Of a stretch of 64,000 nucleotides of DNA, positions 13,939 through 26,602 are shown in pieces (within the stretch, counting starts at the first letter, position 1; each line of letters opens with the position of its first letter). The notes under the pieces were generated by a model. The model saw only the letters and a list, made by a program, of their open reading frames with translations. It was not told the origin of the DNA and did not search any database. Source of the stretch: Octopus sinensis (lineage: Eukaryota); contig NC_043009.1 in the NCBI RefSeq assembly GCF_006345805.1, forward strand, positions 32,240,001 to 32,304,000, in the 5' to 3' direction. The position numbers and the translations under genes are program-made.

Positions 13939-14282
13939 GAACAACGTTTCTCTAAAAGAAATGGTGAAACTTTCAAAATACAAAGACCTGGAAATAGAGG
14001 TAACTAAAATGTGGAATCTAGAAACACAAACAATTCCTATCATAGAAGGTGCATTAGGCATGATAAAAAAATATTCAGACAAATACATAACAAAAACACC
14101 AGGACTTACAAACACATATAACATACAGAAAATTGCACTACTCGGCACTGCACACATCCTACGCAGAACACTTTCAATACAGTAAGCATCAGAGCATCAC
14201 AACAAATCACAGCACATACCCAAGGCACACAGAGCTGCGCTCGATAGTGAAGTGAAGGCATGTTATAAAAATAAAACTACTG
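13939..14282 (+). mobile_element. 5'-truncated 3' end of the young R4/Dong-type LINE
   Basis: KYKDLEIEVTKMWNLETQTIPIIEGALGMIKK...LLGTAHILRRTLSIQ plus a 3' UTR ending aaaataaaactactg, as in 16990-17331; (TAA)n on both sides. Confidence 0.92.
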
Positions 14283-14292
14283 AATAATAATA

Positions 14293-14372
<80 letters not shown>

Positions 14373-14373
14373 G

Positions 14374-14402
<29 letters not shown>

Positions 14403-14407
<5 letters not shown>

Positions 14408-17331
14408 GAGCTAAATGACTTAATATACGCAGCAGCCACTGCAGCCACAAAAGAAGCTGGATACTCATCCAAACCCGCCCAAACTGGAGTACCACCACCC
14501 AAACAAACCCTGTGGATAAATAACATTCAAAACAAAATTTAAAAAATTAGAAAAGACCTGTCGATTCTTAATAAAATCAGCAAACAATCAACGCTACTGA
14601 GCAACAAAAAGAGAACAAAAATACTCCGCAAATATAACATCACAGAAAAAGATTTGCCGGAGATAAAAGAAAAGCTGAAGCAAGATATCCTTGCCAAAGC
14701 TCAAAGGATCCGCCGGTACGAGAAACGCCAATGCTTCTTTGAACAAAACAAAAAGTTCAACTCCAACCCCAAAAAGTTCTACCAAGAACTGGGCAAAAAT
14801 AAAATAGAAGTCACTGCAGCACCAACGGCAGAAGAATTGGAAGAATTCTGGAGAGAAATATGGTCGGCGAATGAACAGCCAAAAAAAGGAGTATCAAAAT
14901 AACAAACTCGGCATCTGAACAACTTTGGATCCCCATAACAACTGAAGAGGTCACCCAGGCACTGCAAAGACTAAGCAACTGGAAGGCACCTGGGCATGAC
15001 AAGATCCCCAACTTCTGGTTGAAATATCTAACAGGAATGCACAAAAAGCTGCCTGAAAACTTTAACAACATACTAGCAGAGCCAGAGACAATGCCTGAAT
15101 GGCTCACGAAGGGGAGAACATCTTAATTCCCAAATCAAATGAAACAGCAAACCAGAAAAACTACAGACAATAACCTGCCTCCCTACTATGTTCAAGGCAT
15201 TTACTGCAGTGATATCGCAAAGGCTGAACAAGTACCTGGACGAAAACAAACTGTTCCCAGAAGAGCAGAAAGGATGCCGCAAAGGCTCATATGGCTGTAA
15301 AGATCAACTAATGATTAATAAAGCCATAACTGAAGACAGCCACAGAAAGAAGAAAGGCCTCAGTATGGCCTGGATTGACTACAAAAAGGCGTTTGATAGC
15401 ATCCACCACACATGGATCCTCGAAACACTAGCCATTAACAAAGTAGCACCAACAATCATAAAATTTATAGAGCACTCTATGAATAAATGGCAAACAGTCC
15501 TACACCTCCAAACAAAAGAGGGACTCATGAAAACCAAAGACATCCCCATTAGAAGAGGAATATTCCAGGGAGACACGCTCTCTCCACTCCTTTTCTGCTT
15601 GGCACTGTCACCTCTATCTGATATGCTAAATAGAACTGGATGCGGATATAATGTTACGGCAAAACGATCAGCCACCTTTTATATATGGATGACCTAAAAC
15701 TATACGCTGCAAATGACAAACAGCTGGAAACACTATTAAAGACAGTTCATAGATTTACCAAAGAAATAGATATGAAATTTGGATTAGAAAAATGCGCCAG
15801 TAACCATGAAAAGAGGAAAACTAGTTAAGAGTAACAACATCACACTAGATAAAACCAATTAAATAAAAGAATTAGACCAAAGCCAAACTTACAAATACTT
15901 AGGAATCCATGAACTAGATAAGACACAACACACACAAATGAAAGAGAAAATAAAAAAAGAATATTATAGACGAGTTAGATCAATACTAAAAACAGAGCTC
16001 AATGCTAAAAACAAGATAATAGGTATCAACACTTTAGCTGTCCCAATTATAAGTTACAGCTACAATATCCTTAACTGGACACGAAATGAACTGTCCAAAA
16101 TAGATAGGAAAACAAGAAAAATACTGACAGGATCTAGGATGCATCACCCAAAATCTGACATAGAAAGACTATATATACAACGTATAGAAGGTGGTAGAGG
16201 CCTTATACAGCTGGAAAACTACTATAAAATAACCACCATAGGACTGCAAAAATACCTACTTCAGAAGGAAGGAAAACTGATCCAGATAGCAGCAAAACAC
16301 GAGCAAAACAAAAAACTGTTCTCAGTATTTAAGGAAGCCGACAAATACAAACAAGAAATCATACCACCTAATAAACACAAAGAAGAAGAAGAAGATGATG
16401 AAGAAACAACAAAAGCTATAAAACAAATGAAATCCAAACTAAAAAAGAACAGCAACGAGCCATGATAAAACGATGGCAAGAAAAACTCCTCATGGTAAAT
16501 ACTGCACTAAACTAAACGCAAAAGAAATAGACAAAAAAAATCCCAGCAATGGTGAGAAGCTCAGGACTCAAAGCAGAGAACGGAGGGATTTTTACTTGCA
16601 GCACAAGACCAAAGCTCCCCACCAGAAATTACCAAAAACATGTAATGAAAAGAATATTACAAGTAAATGCAGAATATGTGGAGATGGACAAGAAACAATA
16701 AATCATATTATCTCTAGCTGCCCAGTCCTGGCTAAGAAGGAATATTTCACAGACATGACAGGTTGGAACCTACATACATTGGAAGCTATGCCAACATTAT
16801 GGAATAACAACAGAAAAAAGATGGTATAGGCACACACCAGAAAAGGTCACAGAAAACGAGAAAGCAACCATACTCTGGGATATGCCGATACACACAGATA
16901 GAGAAATTAGGCCAACAGACCAGATATAGTTGTCAGAGATCATGAAGAAAAAAAATGCTTTCTAATTGATGTATCAATACCGGCAGATGACAACGTGTCT
17001 CTAAAAGAAATGGAGAAACTCTCAAAATACAAAGACCTGAAATAGAGGTAACTAGAATGTGTGAATCTGAAAACAGAAACAATTCCTATCATAGTAGGTG
17101 CATTAGGCATGATAAAAAAATATTCAGACAAATACATAACAAAAACACCAGGACTTACAAACACATATAACATACAGAAAATTGCACTACTAGGCACTGC
17201 ACACATCCTACGCAGAACACTTTCCATACAATAACCATCAGAGCATCACAACAAATCACAGCACATACCCAAGGGACGCAGAGCTGCGCTCGGTAGGGAA
17301 GTGAAAGCACGCTATAAAAATAAAACTACTG
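14403..17331 (+). mobile_element. R4/Dong-clade non-LTR retrotransposon (RT, CCHC, RLE endonuclease), 5'-truncated and frameshifted
   Basis: Motifs across frames: NWKAPGHDKIPNFWLK, PEWLTKGR, EEQKGCRKGSYGCKDQL, AWIDYKKAFDS, RGIFQGDTLSPLLF, YMDDLKLYA, YKYLGI, GGRGL, CRICGDGQETINHIISSC, ILWDMPI..RPDIVV..CFLIDVSIP. Stop at 17232-17234. ORF begins mid-protein directly after (TAA)n. Confidence 0.95.
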
Positions 17332-17338
17332 AATAATG

Positions 17339-17413
<75 letters not shown>

Positions 17414-17962
17414 GCCCTGATGCAGTACCAGGCAGTGGCTCTCATGGCTTCTGATCTTAACTGATTGGAAGTGTTATCATGTACATTGTTTTGTCTTGGT
17501 ATAAAAGATGGGCTACAGCAAATATTCTGCTCAATACCACAGATTTGCTTGTCAGTTGTTTGACCTTAACCAGTTGAGCATGTCCCTTAGTGGCTGACGA
17601 TATGCGCATCTCTGATAACGAGCAGAAGTTGTGGGGGAGCATCATTAGCCATGTGTTGAGAAGGCTCTGGGGTTTGAATAATTCACCTCTGGAAAATGGG
17701 TGGTTCTTCAACATCCTTAAACAACCCATATTCAGGGACCTTTTGAGTGGGATGGGCTACTCAACATGAAGAAAATTCTAACTGGGCCCCACCTGCAAGG
17801 TCATGTGCTGTTTATCTTGATATGAGATCACCATGTCGCGCACATATGGTTGTGATGCATGTGCCTGGTGTACCTTTATCAGACGGTAGTCATGATGGGT
17901 ATATTGGGCTTCGTATATTTTACCCCAGTGTCACTTTGATGGCATGCACTGCTCTCTCACTC
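17414..17962 (+). mobile_element. ~550-bp non-coding retroposon with (AAT)n tail, copy 1
   Basis: gccctgatgcagtaccaggcagtggc...gcactgctctctcactc(aat)n; eight copies in the window; TAA runs on both sides. Confidence 0.85.
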
Positions 17963-18057
<95 letters not shown>

Positions 18058-18731
18058 TAATAATAATATTTAGGAATTTATGCGATCATCAGGGAATATC
18101 TTTACGTTTATGGTCTGCAAAATGCCATTTTGAATTATTTTATTTCCTGTTATGAGCCTTGGATCAAAATTAGAGAAAAGAACTCACGATCTTTATATTT
18201 CTATGTTGCATGAGCCGAACAGTAAGCATCTAAAACTCTTTACTATTCAATAGAAGGGAAATAAATCCCTTTACCTTGTGCACTAGGAGTTATATAAGAG
18301 ATTTTCATTAAGTTCATTTGGTCTAGCATCTTAACTGATCTCATAGTAATTCGTTACAGCATTAATATATACTTAAGGAAGTAGTGACATACTCCAAAAC
18401 ATTCTAAATTAGTGTTCAAGTTATATTAAGGGGTATTTATATTCAGGATGTATCTTTCTTCGAAATACAACAAAAACATGTTGCTGTACCGTGGATGTAC
18501 GGTTTTCTTATGACTCTTTACCTGCCATGTTTTGCATTCGACGAACCGACTTTTTAGTCATCATCAATAATTGTTCAACACCGTTTTTATTTTTCTCTAC
18601 CCCTGAAGTAAGACGTTCATTTCATACATAAGAATGAATCTTATTTTAGTCTTTGGGATGGTGTTACTATCACATCTACGTTTGCTGTTCATATAGCTAT
18701 ATAGCGATCTAATTCTATGTATCTACTTCCC

Positions 18732-18763
<32 letters not shown>

Positions 18764-18767
18764 ATAT

Positions 18768-18862
<95 letters not shown>

Positions 18863-18865
<3 letters not shown>

Positions 18866-19047
18866 AGAGTTTACGAAAAAAAGACGAAGACAGGTGGTGT
18901 ACAAAACAAACAGATGTATTAGTATAACGCCTAGGAATAGAAAAAGTCTTTTACGTTTCGAGCCTACGCACTTCTACAGAAAGGGACACAGAAAAATACA
19001 AGGATAGAAACAAGGAGCGAAAAAAATGTGTGTGGTGGCTAACGATC
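18863..19047 (-). mobile_element. ~190-bp (TA)n-flanked element carrying a minimal hammerhead motif (Penelope-like terminal repeat)
   Basis: Reverse complement aligns with 27184-27381. Minus strand reads CCTTT CTGTAGA A GTGC GTAG GCTC GAAACGT A AAAGA (18947-18984). Confidence 0.7.
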
Positions 19048-19087
19048 TATCCTGTATGTATGTGTATACATACATATATATTATAGT

Positions 19088-19122
<35 letters not shown>

Positions 19123-22100
19123 TATATATCCATATGTATATGTACGGATTAATGCATATATACATATACATTTTAATTTGTACATCCATATTCGCCTGCT
19201 TGCCGATACACATACACACACAAACAACACACACACAAACATACATATATATATTCCATAATCTTTTTAGTGGCTACATCCGCATACATTTGTGCAGTTG
19301 TGCATTACCGTCTTTAGCAAGCAATAGAAAGGCCAGGGTAGAAGTTACGGAGTTTTATGGATACTATTATCTAACAAAGTGAAATCTGGCATTAATTCAA
19401 CGGGTGAAATATCGTTAATTCGAAAACGCTCGATCTAAGTTTATGATAGGCAAAGATAGTGATAAAATATAGAAGAATCAAAACGAATATTGTCTGGATG
19501 AGAACCAGTTAGGGGAAGTTATGCTCACAACAGCTATAAATGTGACAAAACGAAATACATTTATAAGCGTAAAAAAAAAAGAAAGAAATATACTGGTATT
19601 TTAAAGCAAAGACATCCTTTACAATGAGTTCCCAGCCTTCACCAGAGGGAATGTCGACACTAAACATTTAATATGAGATAGATTAGCAGACATATGCACA
19701 AGCTCTAGAATATATTTGGTCATTCCAAAGACGTAGAAAGTAAAGAATAATGTTTTGACAGAACTAATAATATACCAGATGAAAAATATACGGAGAAAGC
19801 GTTAGAAATTAGCTGTTGACATACGTAAAATTTTCTTACACCAAACGACAATTATTCGAAATACTGGAAATTCATTTCTCGTGGCAAATTAATTGTTGTA
19901 ATTTATGTTTATTATAATCTTGAAACTTTAATAAGCAACAAGAAATAAAGTATGTCATAGAGACATAGAGAGATAGCATGACACACAGAGTGAGAGGAAA
20001 GCATAAGATCTGAACTCTTTGTTGTACTAAAAATATTACTGACAGAACAAAGTAAATTGATTATCACCGGAAGCCATATTTTACTATTAAATTCCTCTTA
20101 ACTGATATCTTATCTAATTGAGAATTTTAACATATTATGACATTATTGAGTTGAAGAATTTCAAATAATCAGTGCAATATCAGCGAATCAATGTTAACAG
20201 CAGAATATGCTCAATTAATTCATAATGAAGAATTGTTCCACCTTTAAAAAAAACTGGCTTTTCAGGGAAAATATTTTGAGATTTTTGTAATGTTTTCTAA
20301 TAAAGCTTTGATTCATTATGGTAATATTGGCATGTCTTGAAGGTTCTGTAATATGTGATTATTGATTTTGTTTTTCTTCCAATGTTAACATTAAGGGAAT
20401 AATTAAAAATAAAATAACAGGGGAAATACAGCATTGACTTTATGAAAAGAATTACAAAAGAATTACAAAAGGTTTGGTTTGAAGTTTTAAAGGGAAATAT
20501 GAAGAAAACCTAAATAAACATTTTGAGGGAAAAGCAAAATTAAAAGAACAAACTGCTCAATATTTCAGGAAAAAAAATTAAATGGTTGCGAAATAATTTT
20601 GACATTTTGGTGAGAGGGAGCATAATGACATAATAGCGGTTGAATAATAATGTTTTCATTAGGTTTTACAGTATCATAAATGGTTTTCTTTCAATAATAA
20701 TTCACAAAATTATATTTCCATGAAAACTACTGATGGTGGAGTATGAAAGAAAGAGATACAAATCAAAGATAATGAAGCCGGATATTCTTCGTGCTAATGG
20801 TTAGTCAGACCCAGAAAGATGATAGTAAATCATTTTTATATATGCATTTATATTTATTCTTTTGTGGCCATGCTGGAGCGTTACCTTGAAAATATGTGTA
20901 TATGTGTTTTATACTTGTGTATTTGTGTACATTCTGGGCAAAAATATCCTAAATATAAATATACACGTTTTGACTGTATATACGCGCATTCGGAACATTT
21001 TCTTTTTAAAATGTACGGAGGATCGTACTCTTTTGAGATTCCCTCAGTGGTTGAGAAATTTAGTATGTTGTAGCTCACGTGATTAAATGCCTTGCTTATT
21101 TTGATTGAATAGCAATATCTGCAAGTAAAGTTAAATGGAATATAAACCTACAAATTTTGAATCTAAATCAGAGATTTCACCTGAAACAAACTGAATGTTT
21201 TTAATGATAAACATTTGCTCTGAATTCTAGCAACCAAGAAAAAAAAAACACTTACGAAAAAATAGAAATAACTTATTTTGTTTTCAATGAAGAGATTATA
21301 AATTCTATATTTCAGTAGAATTTCACAGTTGGACTACGGCATAGGAGTGTTTCAGTTTTAAAACACAATTTTGTCTTCAGGGCTAAAGAATCAGTGAAAT
21401 AAAGACGTAAAGAAATTAGGAATTCATTAGCTGCTAAATGAAGTATATTTTCTCATGATCATCAGTTTTGCTATCTTGGCGCCGTTCAATTCAGAAGATC
21501 TTCACAAAAGAGTTGCTTTAACAAATAGTTGCGTGACCAAAGTGATAAATGATGACATCCTCAAAAAATAACAACAAACAAACATTCGTCAGATGGAATC
21601 AAAAACACACCCTGGATTAGCCATGAATAGAACAAACTAAAACAAATTCCTTGATAACTTTGAACATGATATTGGATTCTCTGGTTTGTGACTTGAGTAA
21701 AAGTAGTTTCGCTACAGAGGTTATTAGATTGCGATACTTACTCTTCAGACAATCAATGTGCTTCGGTTTGAAATGTTAAATGATGATAAATTTATTTACA
21801 TCATCATCACCACCACCACCACCACCACCACTCTGAATGTAAAGTTCCACGATTCATTGATATATTTAGAGGTGTCTCACCTGCTCTCTTAATGTATCTA
21901 ATCCAGCAGCTCTAAAGATTTCACCTACCCACCGTAATGGACCGATATTTGATTTAGCGATACCATAAGGATAGAAAGCAAAGTGTAACGCATATCAATT
22001 TGAACCCAGACCGTACTGGGCCAGGATTCAAATATAGGAAATACTATACACCACTCCCTCTCTCTATCATTCACTTCACTTTCCCTTACTCTCTCTCCCT

Positions 22101-22970
22101 CTCTGTCTCTCTCCGTCTCTTTCTCTCTGTAATTCTTCGAAACTGGATCGTATATGCTTGCAGTTCCAAATACTCTGTTTTAAACTTAGAACAAAATACC
22201 GATGCTTAAACGTAGAACACAGGCCAAACACTCACGTTCAATCGACATAACACACTTTCCTTTCTGTGCCACCAGGATACAAACGATGCCACACCACCTC
22301 CTTAACTCGTCCTGTTTTAAAATTAACCACGTGGATTCTCTGGTGCTTTATTTTAATGACCTCGGAAGGGTGAAAATATAAAATTCATCTCGACCGGATC
22401 TGAACAGAGAACATCCGATAAAGCAAATCAATTTGCCCAGCATTCCAAAACTTCTGTCAATTTACCAACTCCATGACCAACTAAGCATTATATATTCGCA
22501 TAAGAGGCGCTGCTGGAATTGTGGATTAAGTGTGCAGATCTGATAAGAGCATACAACAATAACAGCGTTGATTTAATATCCATTTATTCATACTAGAATG
22601 AACTGGGGAGGTGAGAAATATATAATATAAAATATTGGAAGTATGATCCATATCAGAATATCGAGTATGATTGATATATATGCCATTTCTAATCGATTCA
22701 ATGGTTATTTGTTTTACCAGCAACGGCCATAACAACAACAACAATAAGGCAATCTATACAATGCACTTTGGCCATTTCTTAACAACAATTTATTACCCTA
22801 TTAATTTAACAACAATAGCTCAGCTGATGGTCTAAATATAAGAGCTCAGGGAGAATGGATCATACTCCCTCTTATCTAAAATATGCTAATCGGGCTAATA
22901 TAAATGCATGGCAAAATCTTAGAAATAGGTCTTTGACCTACAGTTTTTTCAAATTTATTTTACATTATAT

Positions 22971-23170
22971 GGTGGAGAGCTGGCAGAATCGTTAGCACAC
23001 CGGACAGCAGCATTTCGTCCGTCTTCATGTTCTGAGTTCAACTTCCACCAAGATTGGCTCTGCTTTTGTTTCTCATGGGGTCGATAAAATAAGTACCAAT
23101 TGAACACTTGTGTCAATATAATCGACTTAATCCCCTCCCCTGGAAATTGCTGGTCTTGTGCCAAAATTTG
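22971..23170 (+). mobile_element. SINE family B variant
   Basis: ggtggagagctggcagaatcgttagcac...gttctgagttcaac...gataaaataagtacc...ggtcttgtgccaaaatttg. Confidence 0.85.
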
Positions 23171-23194
23171 AGCTTAGTATCATTGCTCACCAAA

Positions 23195-23346
23195 GGCAGC
23201 GATCAGGCAGTAGCGTTAGCACGCCGGACAATGCGCTTAGTCGTATTTTGTCTGTCTTTATGTTCTGAGTTCAAATTCCACTGAGGTCGACTTTGTCCTT
23301 GGTTCTTTCGGAGACGATAAAATAAGTACTAGTTGGGCACTGGAGC
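23195..23346 (+). mobile_element. SINE family B variant, 3'-truncated
   Basis: gttagcacgccggac...gttctgagttcaaattccactgaggtcgactttg...gataaaataagtact. Confidence 0.8.
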
Positions 23347-23386
23347 TAAAGTAATAATAATAATTATATGAATATTGTTATTATTG

Positions 23387-23441
<55 letters not shown>

Positions 23442-23456
23442 TAATAATAATAATAA

Positions 23457-23667
23457 TGGTTTCAAATTTTGGCAGTAGGCCAGCAATTTGGGGGGAAGGG
23501 GATAAGTGGATTACATCGATCCCAGTGTTCAACTGGTACTTATTTTATCGACCCCGAAAGAATAAGCAAAGTTGTCCTCGGCGGAATTTGAACTCAGAAC
23601 GTAAAGACGGACGAACTGCAGCTAAGAATTTTCCCCGACGTGCTAACGTTTCTGCCGTCTCGCCGCC
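23457..23667 (-). mobile_element. SINE family B variant
   Basis: ggtacttattttatcgacccc...ggcggaatttgaactcagaacg...gtgctaacgtttctgcc..cgccgcc is the reverse complement of the family B consensus. Confidence 0.85.
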
Positions 23668-23679
23668 TCAAACAAATGC

Positions 23680-24290
23680 CCTAGACGTGCCTAAAACCAC
23701 TACAAGGTCTGGCGACAGGGTCAGATAGTGAAAGTGCTACATTGGAAACTGCGCAAAATGTGGGGGCTAGAGTGAGGCAAGACGTGGTATGAACACAAAC
23801 CGTAGAGAGTTGCGGAGTCGGAGACTAGCAAAATCCTTCGGGATTTGCCAATCCAAAGAGACCAGGTGCTAAGTCATAACAGACCGGACATAGTGGTGGC
23901 GGAAAAGATGCACCACATGTGCTATATAGTTGATGTTGCATACTCCTTTCACCCACGAATAGTCAAGAAGGAAGGCGAAGATAGATAAATACAACCCTTT
24001 TCAGTACGAAGTAGCCTGGCTATGGAAATTGAAGAAGGTGAAGATAGCGCTAATTATTGTTGGGTCCTTGGGAACAGTATCAGAAGGCATCAAGGGGAAT
24101 ATAGAGGAAATTGGAATTGAGTGCCCAGTAGAACTGTTACAAAAGATTTGCCTCCTTGGCATAGCCAGAATAATCAGGAAAGTATTACACAGCTGAAAAG
24201 AACAGATAGCATGGTACTGTAGGCTGTAGGTAGTAAGCCTGCTACGCAAGCAAGAGTCCAGGAGATCCAACAAAACCTGAGATAAAAAGA
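23680..24290 (+). mobile_element. R4/Dong-type LINE 3' fragment (RLE domain), older subfamily
   Basis: Translates to LHWKL..WYEHKP..KILRDLPIQRDQVLSHNRPDIVVAEK..CYIVDVA..IDKY..IIVGSLGTV..LLQKICLLGIARIIRKVL*. Confidence 0.85.
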
Positions 24291-24309
24291 AATAATATTG
24301 ATAGTAATT

Positions 24310-24490
24310 ATTTCTACTATAGGCACAAGATTTGAAATGTTGGGGAGGAGATATGTGGATTACATCGACCCCGTGTTCAACTGGTACTGATTTTACTGAT
24401 CCCGAAAGGATGAACTTAGAACGTGAAGATGGATGAAATGCCGCTAAGTATTTCGTCCGGGATGCTAATAATTCTACCAGCTCGCCGCCT
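24310..24490 (-). mobile_element. SINE family B variant with internal deletion
   Basis: ttctactataggcacaag...acatcgacccc...ccagctcgccgcc. Confidence 0.75.
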
Positions 24491-24494
24491 TAGT

Positions 24495-24495
24495 G

Positions 24496-24573
<78 letters not shown>

Positions 24574-24590
24574 TAATAATAATAATGATG

Positions 24591-24622
<32 letters not shown>

Positions 24623-24625
24623 CAT

Positions 24626-24660
<35 letters not shown>

Positions 24661-24822
24661 TGATGATGATGAGGATGATGATGATGATGAAAACAACAAC
24701 AACAACAACAACAACGAGGACGACGACGACGATGACGACGACGACGACGACGATGATGAAGATGACGACGACGACGACGATGATGATGATGATGATGATG
24801 ATAATAATAATAATAATAATAA
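24495..24822. repeat. Compound trinucleotide array AAT-GAT-AAC-GAC-GAT-AAT
   Basis: Direct reading. Confidence 0.95.
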
Positions 24823-24841
24823 ATTAAGAGGCTTGCAATTA

Positions 24842-25374
24842 CCTGATGCAGTACCGGACAGTGGCTATCGTCGTTTCTGATCTTAACTGATTGGAAGTGT
24901 TATCAGGTACATTGTTTTGACTTGGTATAAAAGATGGGCTACAGCAAATACTCTGCTTAACACCACAGATTTGCTTGTCAGTTGTTTGACCTTAAACAAT
25001 TAAGCATGTCCCTTGGTGGCTGACGATATGTGCATCTCTGATCATGAGCAAAAGTAGTGAGGGAGCATCATAGCCATGTGTTGAGAAGAATTCTTTGGGA
25101 TTTAGATAATTTGCCTTTAGTAACATGGGTGTTTTGTTCAATATCCTTAAAAATCCCTTATTCAGAGACCTTTTGAGCAGGATGGGCTGTTCGACATGAA
25201 GAGAATTCTAACTGTGCCTCACCTGCAAGATCATGCACCGTTTATCTTGATATGAGATCACCATGTTGCGAATATATGGGGTACCCTTATCAGACAGGTA
25301 GTCATGATGGGTGTACTAGGCTTCGTATATTTTATGCCAGTGTCACTTTGATGGCACGCACTGCTCTCTCACTC
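24842..25374 (+). mobile_element. ~550-bp (AAT)n-tailed retroposon, copy 2
   Basis: cctgatgcagtacc...gcactgctctctcactcaataat; more diverged than copy 1. Confidence 0.85.
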
Positions 25375-25410
25375 AATAATGATAATAACTGTGTTGAGTT
25401 GACATCAATA

Positions 25411-25818
25411 GGCGTAGGAGTGGCTGTGTGGTAAGTAGCTTGCTTACCAACCACATGGTTTCGGGCTCAGTCCCACTGCGTGGCACCTTGGGTAAGTGTC
25501 TTCTACTCTAGCCTCGGGCCGACCATAGCCTTGTGAGTGGATTTGGTAGACGGAAACTGAAAGAAGCCCGTCGTATATATGTATATATATATATGAACGT
25601 GTGTGTATATATTTGTGTGTCTGTGTTTGTCCCCCAACATCGACTGACAACCGATGCTGGTGTGTTTACGTTCCCGTAACCTCGGGAAAAAGAGACCGAT
25701 AGAATAAGTACTAGGCTTGCAAAGAATAAGTCCTGGGGTCGATTTGTTCGACTAAAAGGCGGTGCTCCAGCATGGCCACATTCAAAAGACTGAAGCAAAT
25801 AAAAGAGTAAAAGAGTAA
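25411..25818 (+). mobile_element. tRNA-derived SINE family A, full length
   Basis: ggcgtaggagtggctgtgtggtaag (A-box-like), gggctcagtccc (B-box-like), accttgggtaagtgtc central motif, AAAAGAGT tail. Confidence 0.92.
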
Positions 25819-26565
25819 CCCACCTTCTCATGAAGTTTTTTTTTCATCTAATATACACCTACCTTAGGTCTCTGATTGAGACACGGTCAGAAGTTGAAAT
25901 AAAATACAAATCAATCGGAAAATAATGACATCGACAATAATAATAATTATGATAATAATGATATCAACCATGATGATGATGATGATGATGATGGTGATAC
26001 TTCGTTTTATTGGTCACGTGGTCCCAAATCATGGAAGACTATATCAAACGACGAGATACCATAATAATAAGATATCGTGTATAATAACTCGATGTTATAG
26101 CGTAACAGACGGATTGAGATTATTTAAATCAAGTGTCTTCGTTTGGCAGAGCAATTTCTATGTCTCTCTCACTCTCAAGCTGATCTGCTTATAATACCAT
26201 ATATTATGAATCTCTAAATCTTAGTTGATAATGTATAATTATTTCTACACTGTGTAGAACAGCTAAAAGTTTTAGATGCACATAACATGTTTAAAATGGT
26301 TTGACAGTTTTTTGAATCGCAAAAATCACGCTACAAAACCTAATCGGTTTGAAGGAGACTTTCGAAAGTCATACGATTCAAGAGTTAATTATGATCTTGC
26401 TGGATGAAGCAGAATTAGATTTAATGAGTTTGCTGAACTTAAAACAAATAGGGGCCAGTGGCGAAAGTGGATTGGCCAGTATGAAGAACGCGACATGTCT
26501 TGCGCTAACGAAATCGAATAGAATCTTGAACAAGTGTGCAACTCTCTCTCTATGTCAACCACACA

Positions 26566-26602
<37 letters not shown>

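Noticed and set aside
17590-17630. CTGACGA in the 550-bp element as a hammerhead core
   Set aside because: No stem II followed by GAAA, and no stem I.
17457-17729. Recurrent antisense ORF SSATKGHAQLVKVKQL (also at 33939 and 35428)
   Set aside because: It recurs only because the DNA repeat recurs; starts and stops differ among copies and there is no protein motif.
20040-20760. Possible hAT transposase relic (LAFQG-like)
   Set aside because: A single short motif in AT-rich sequence.
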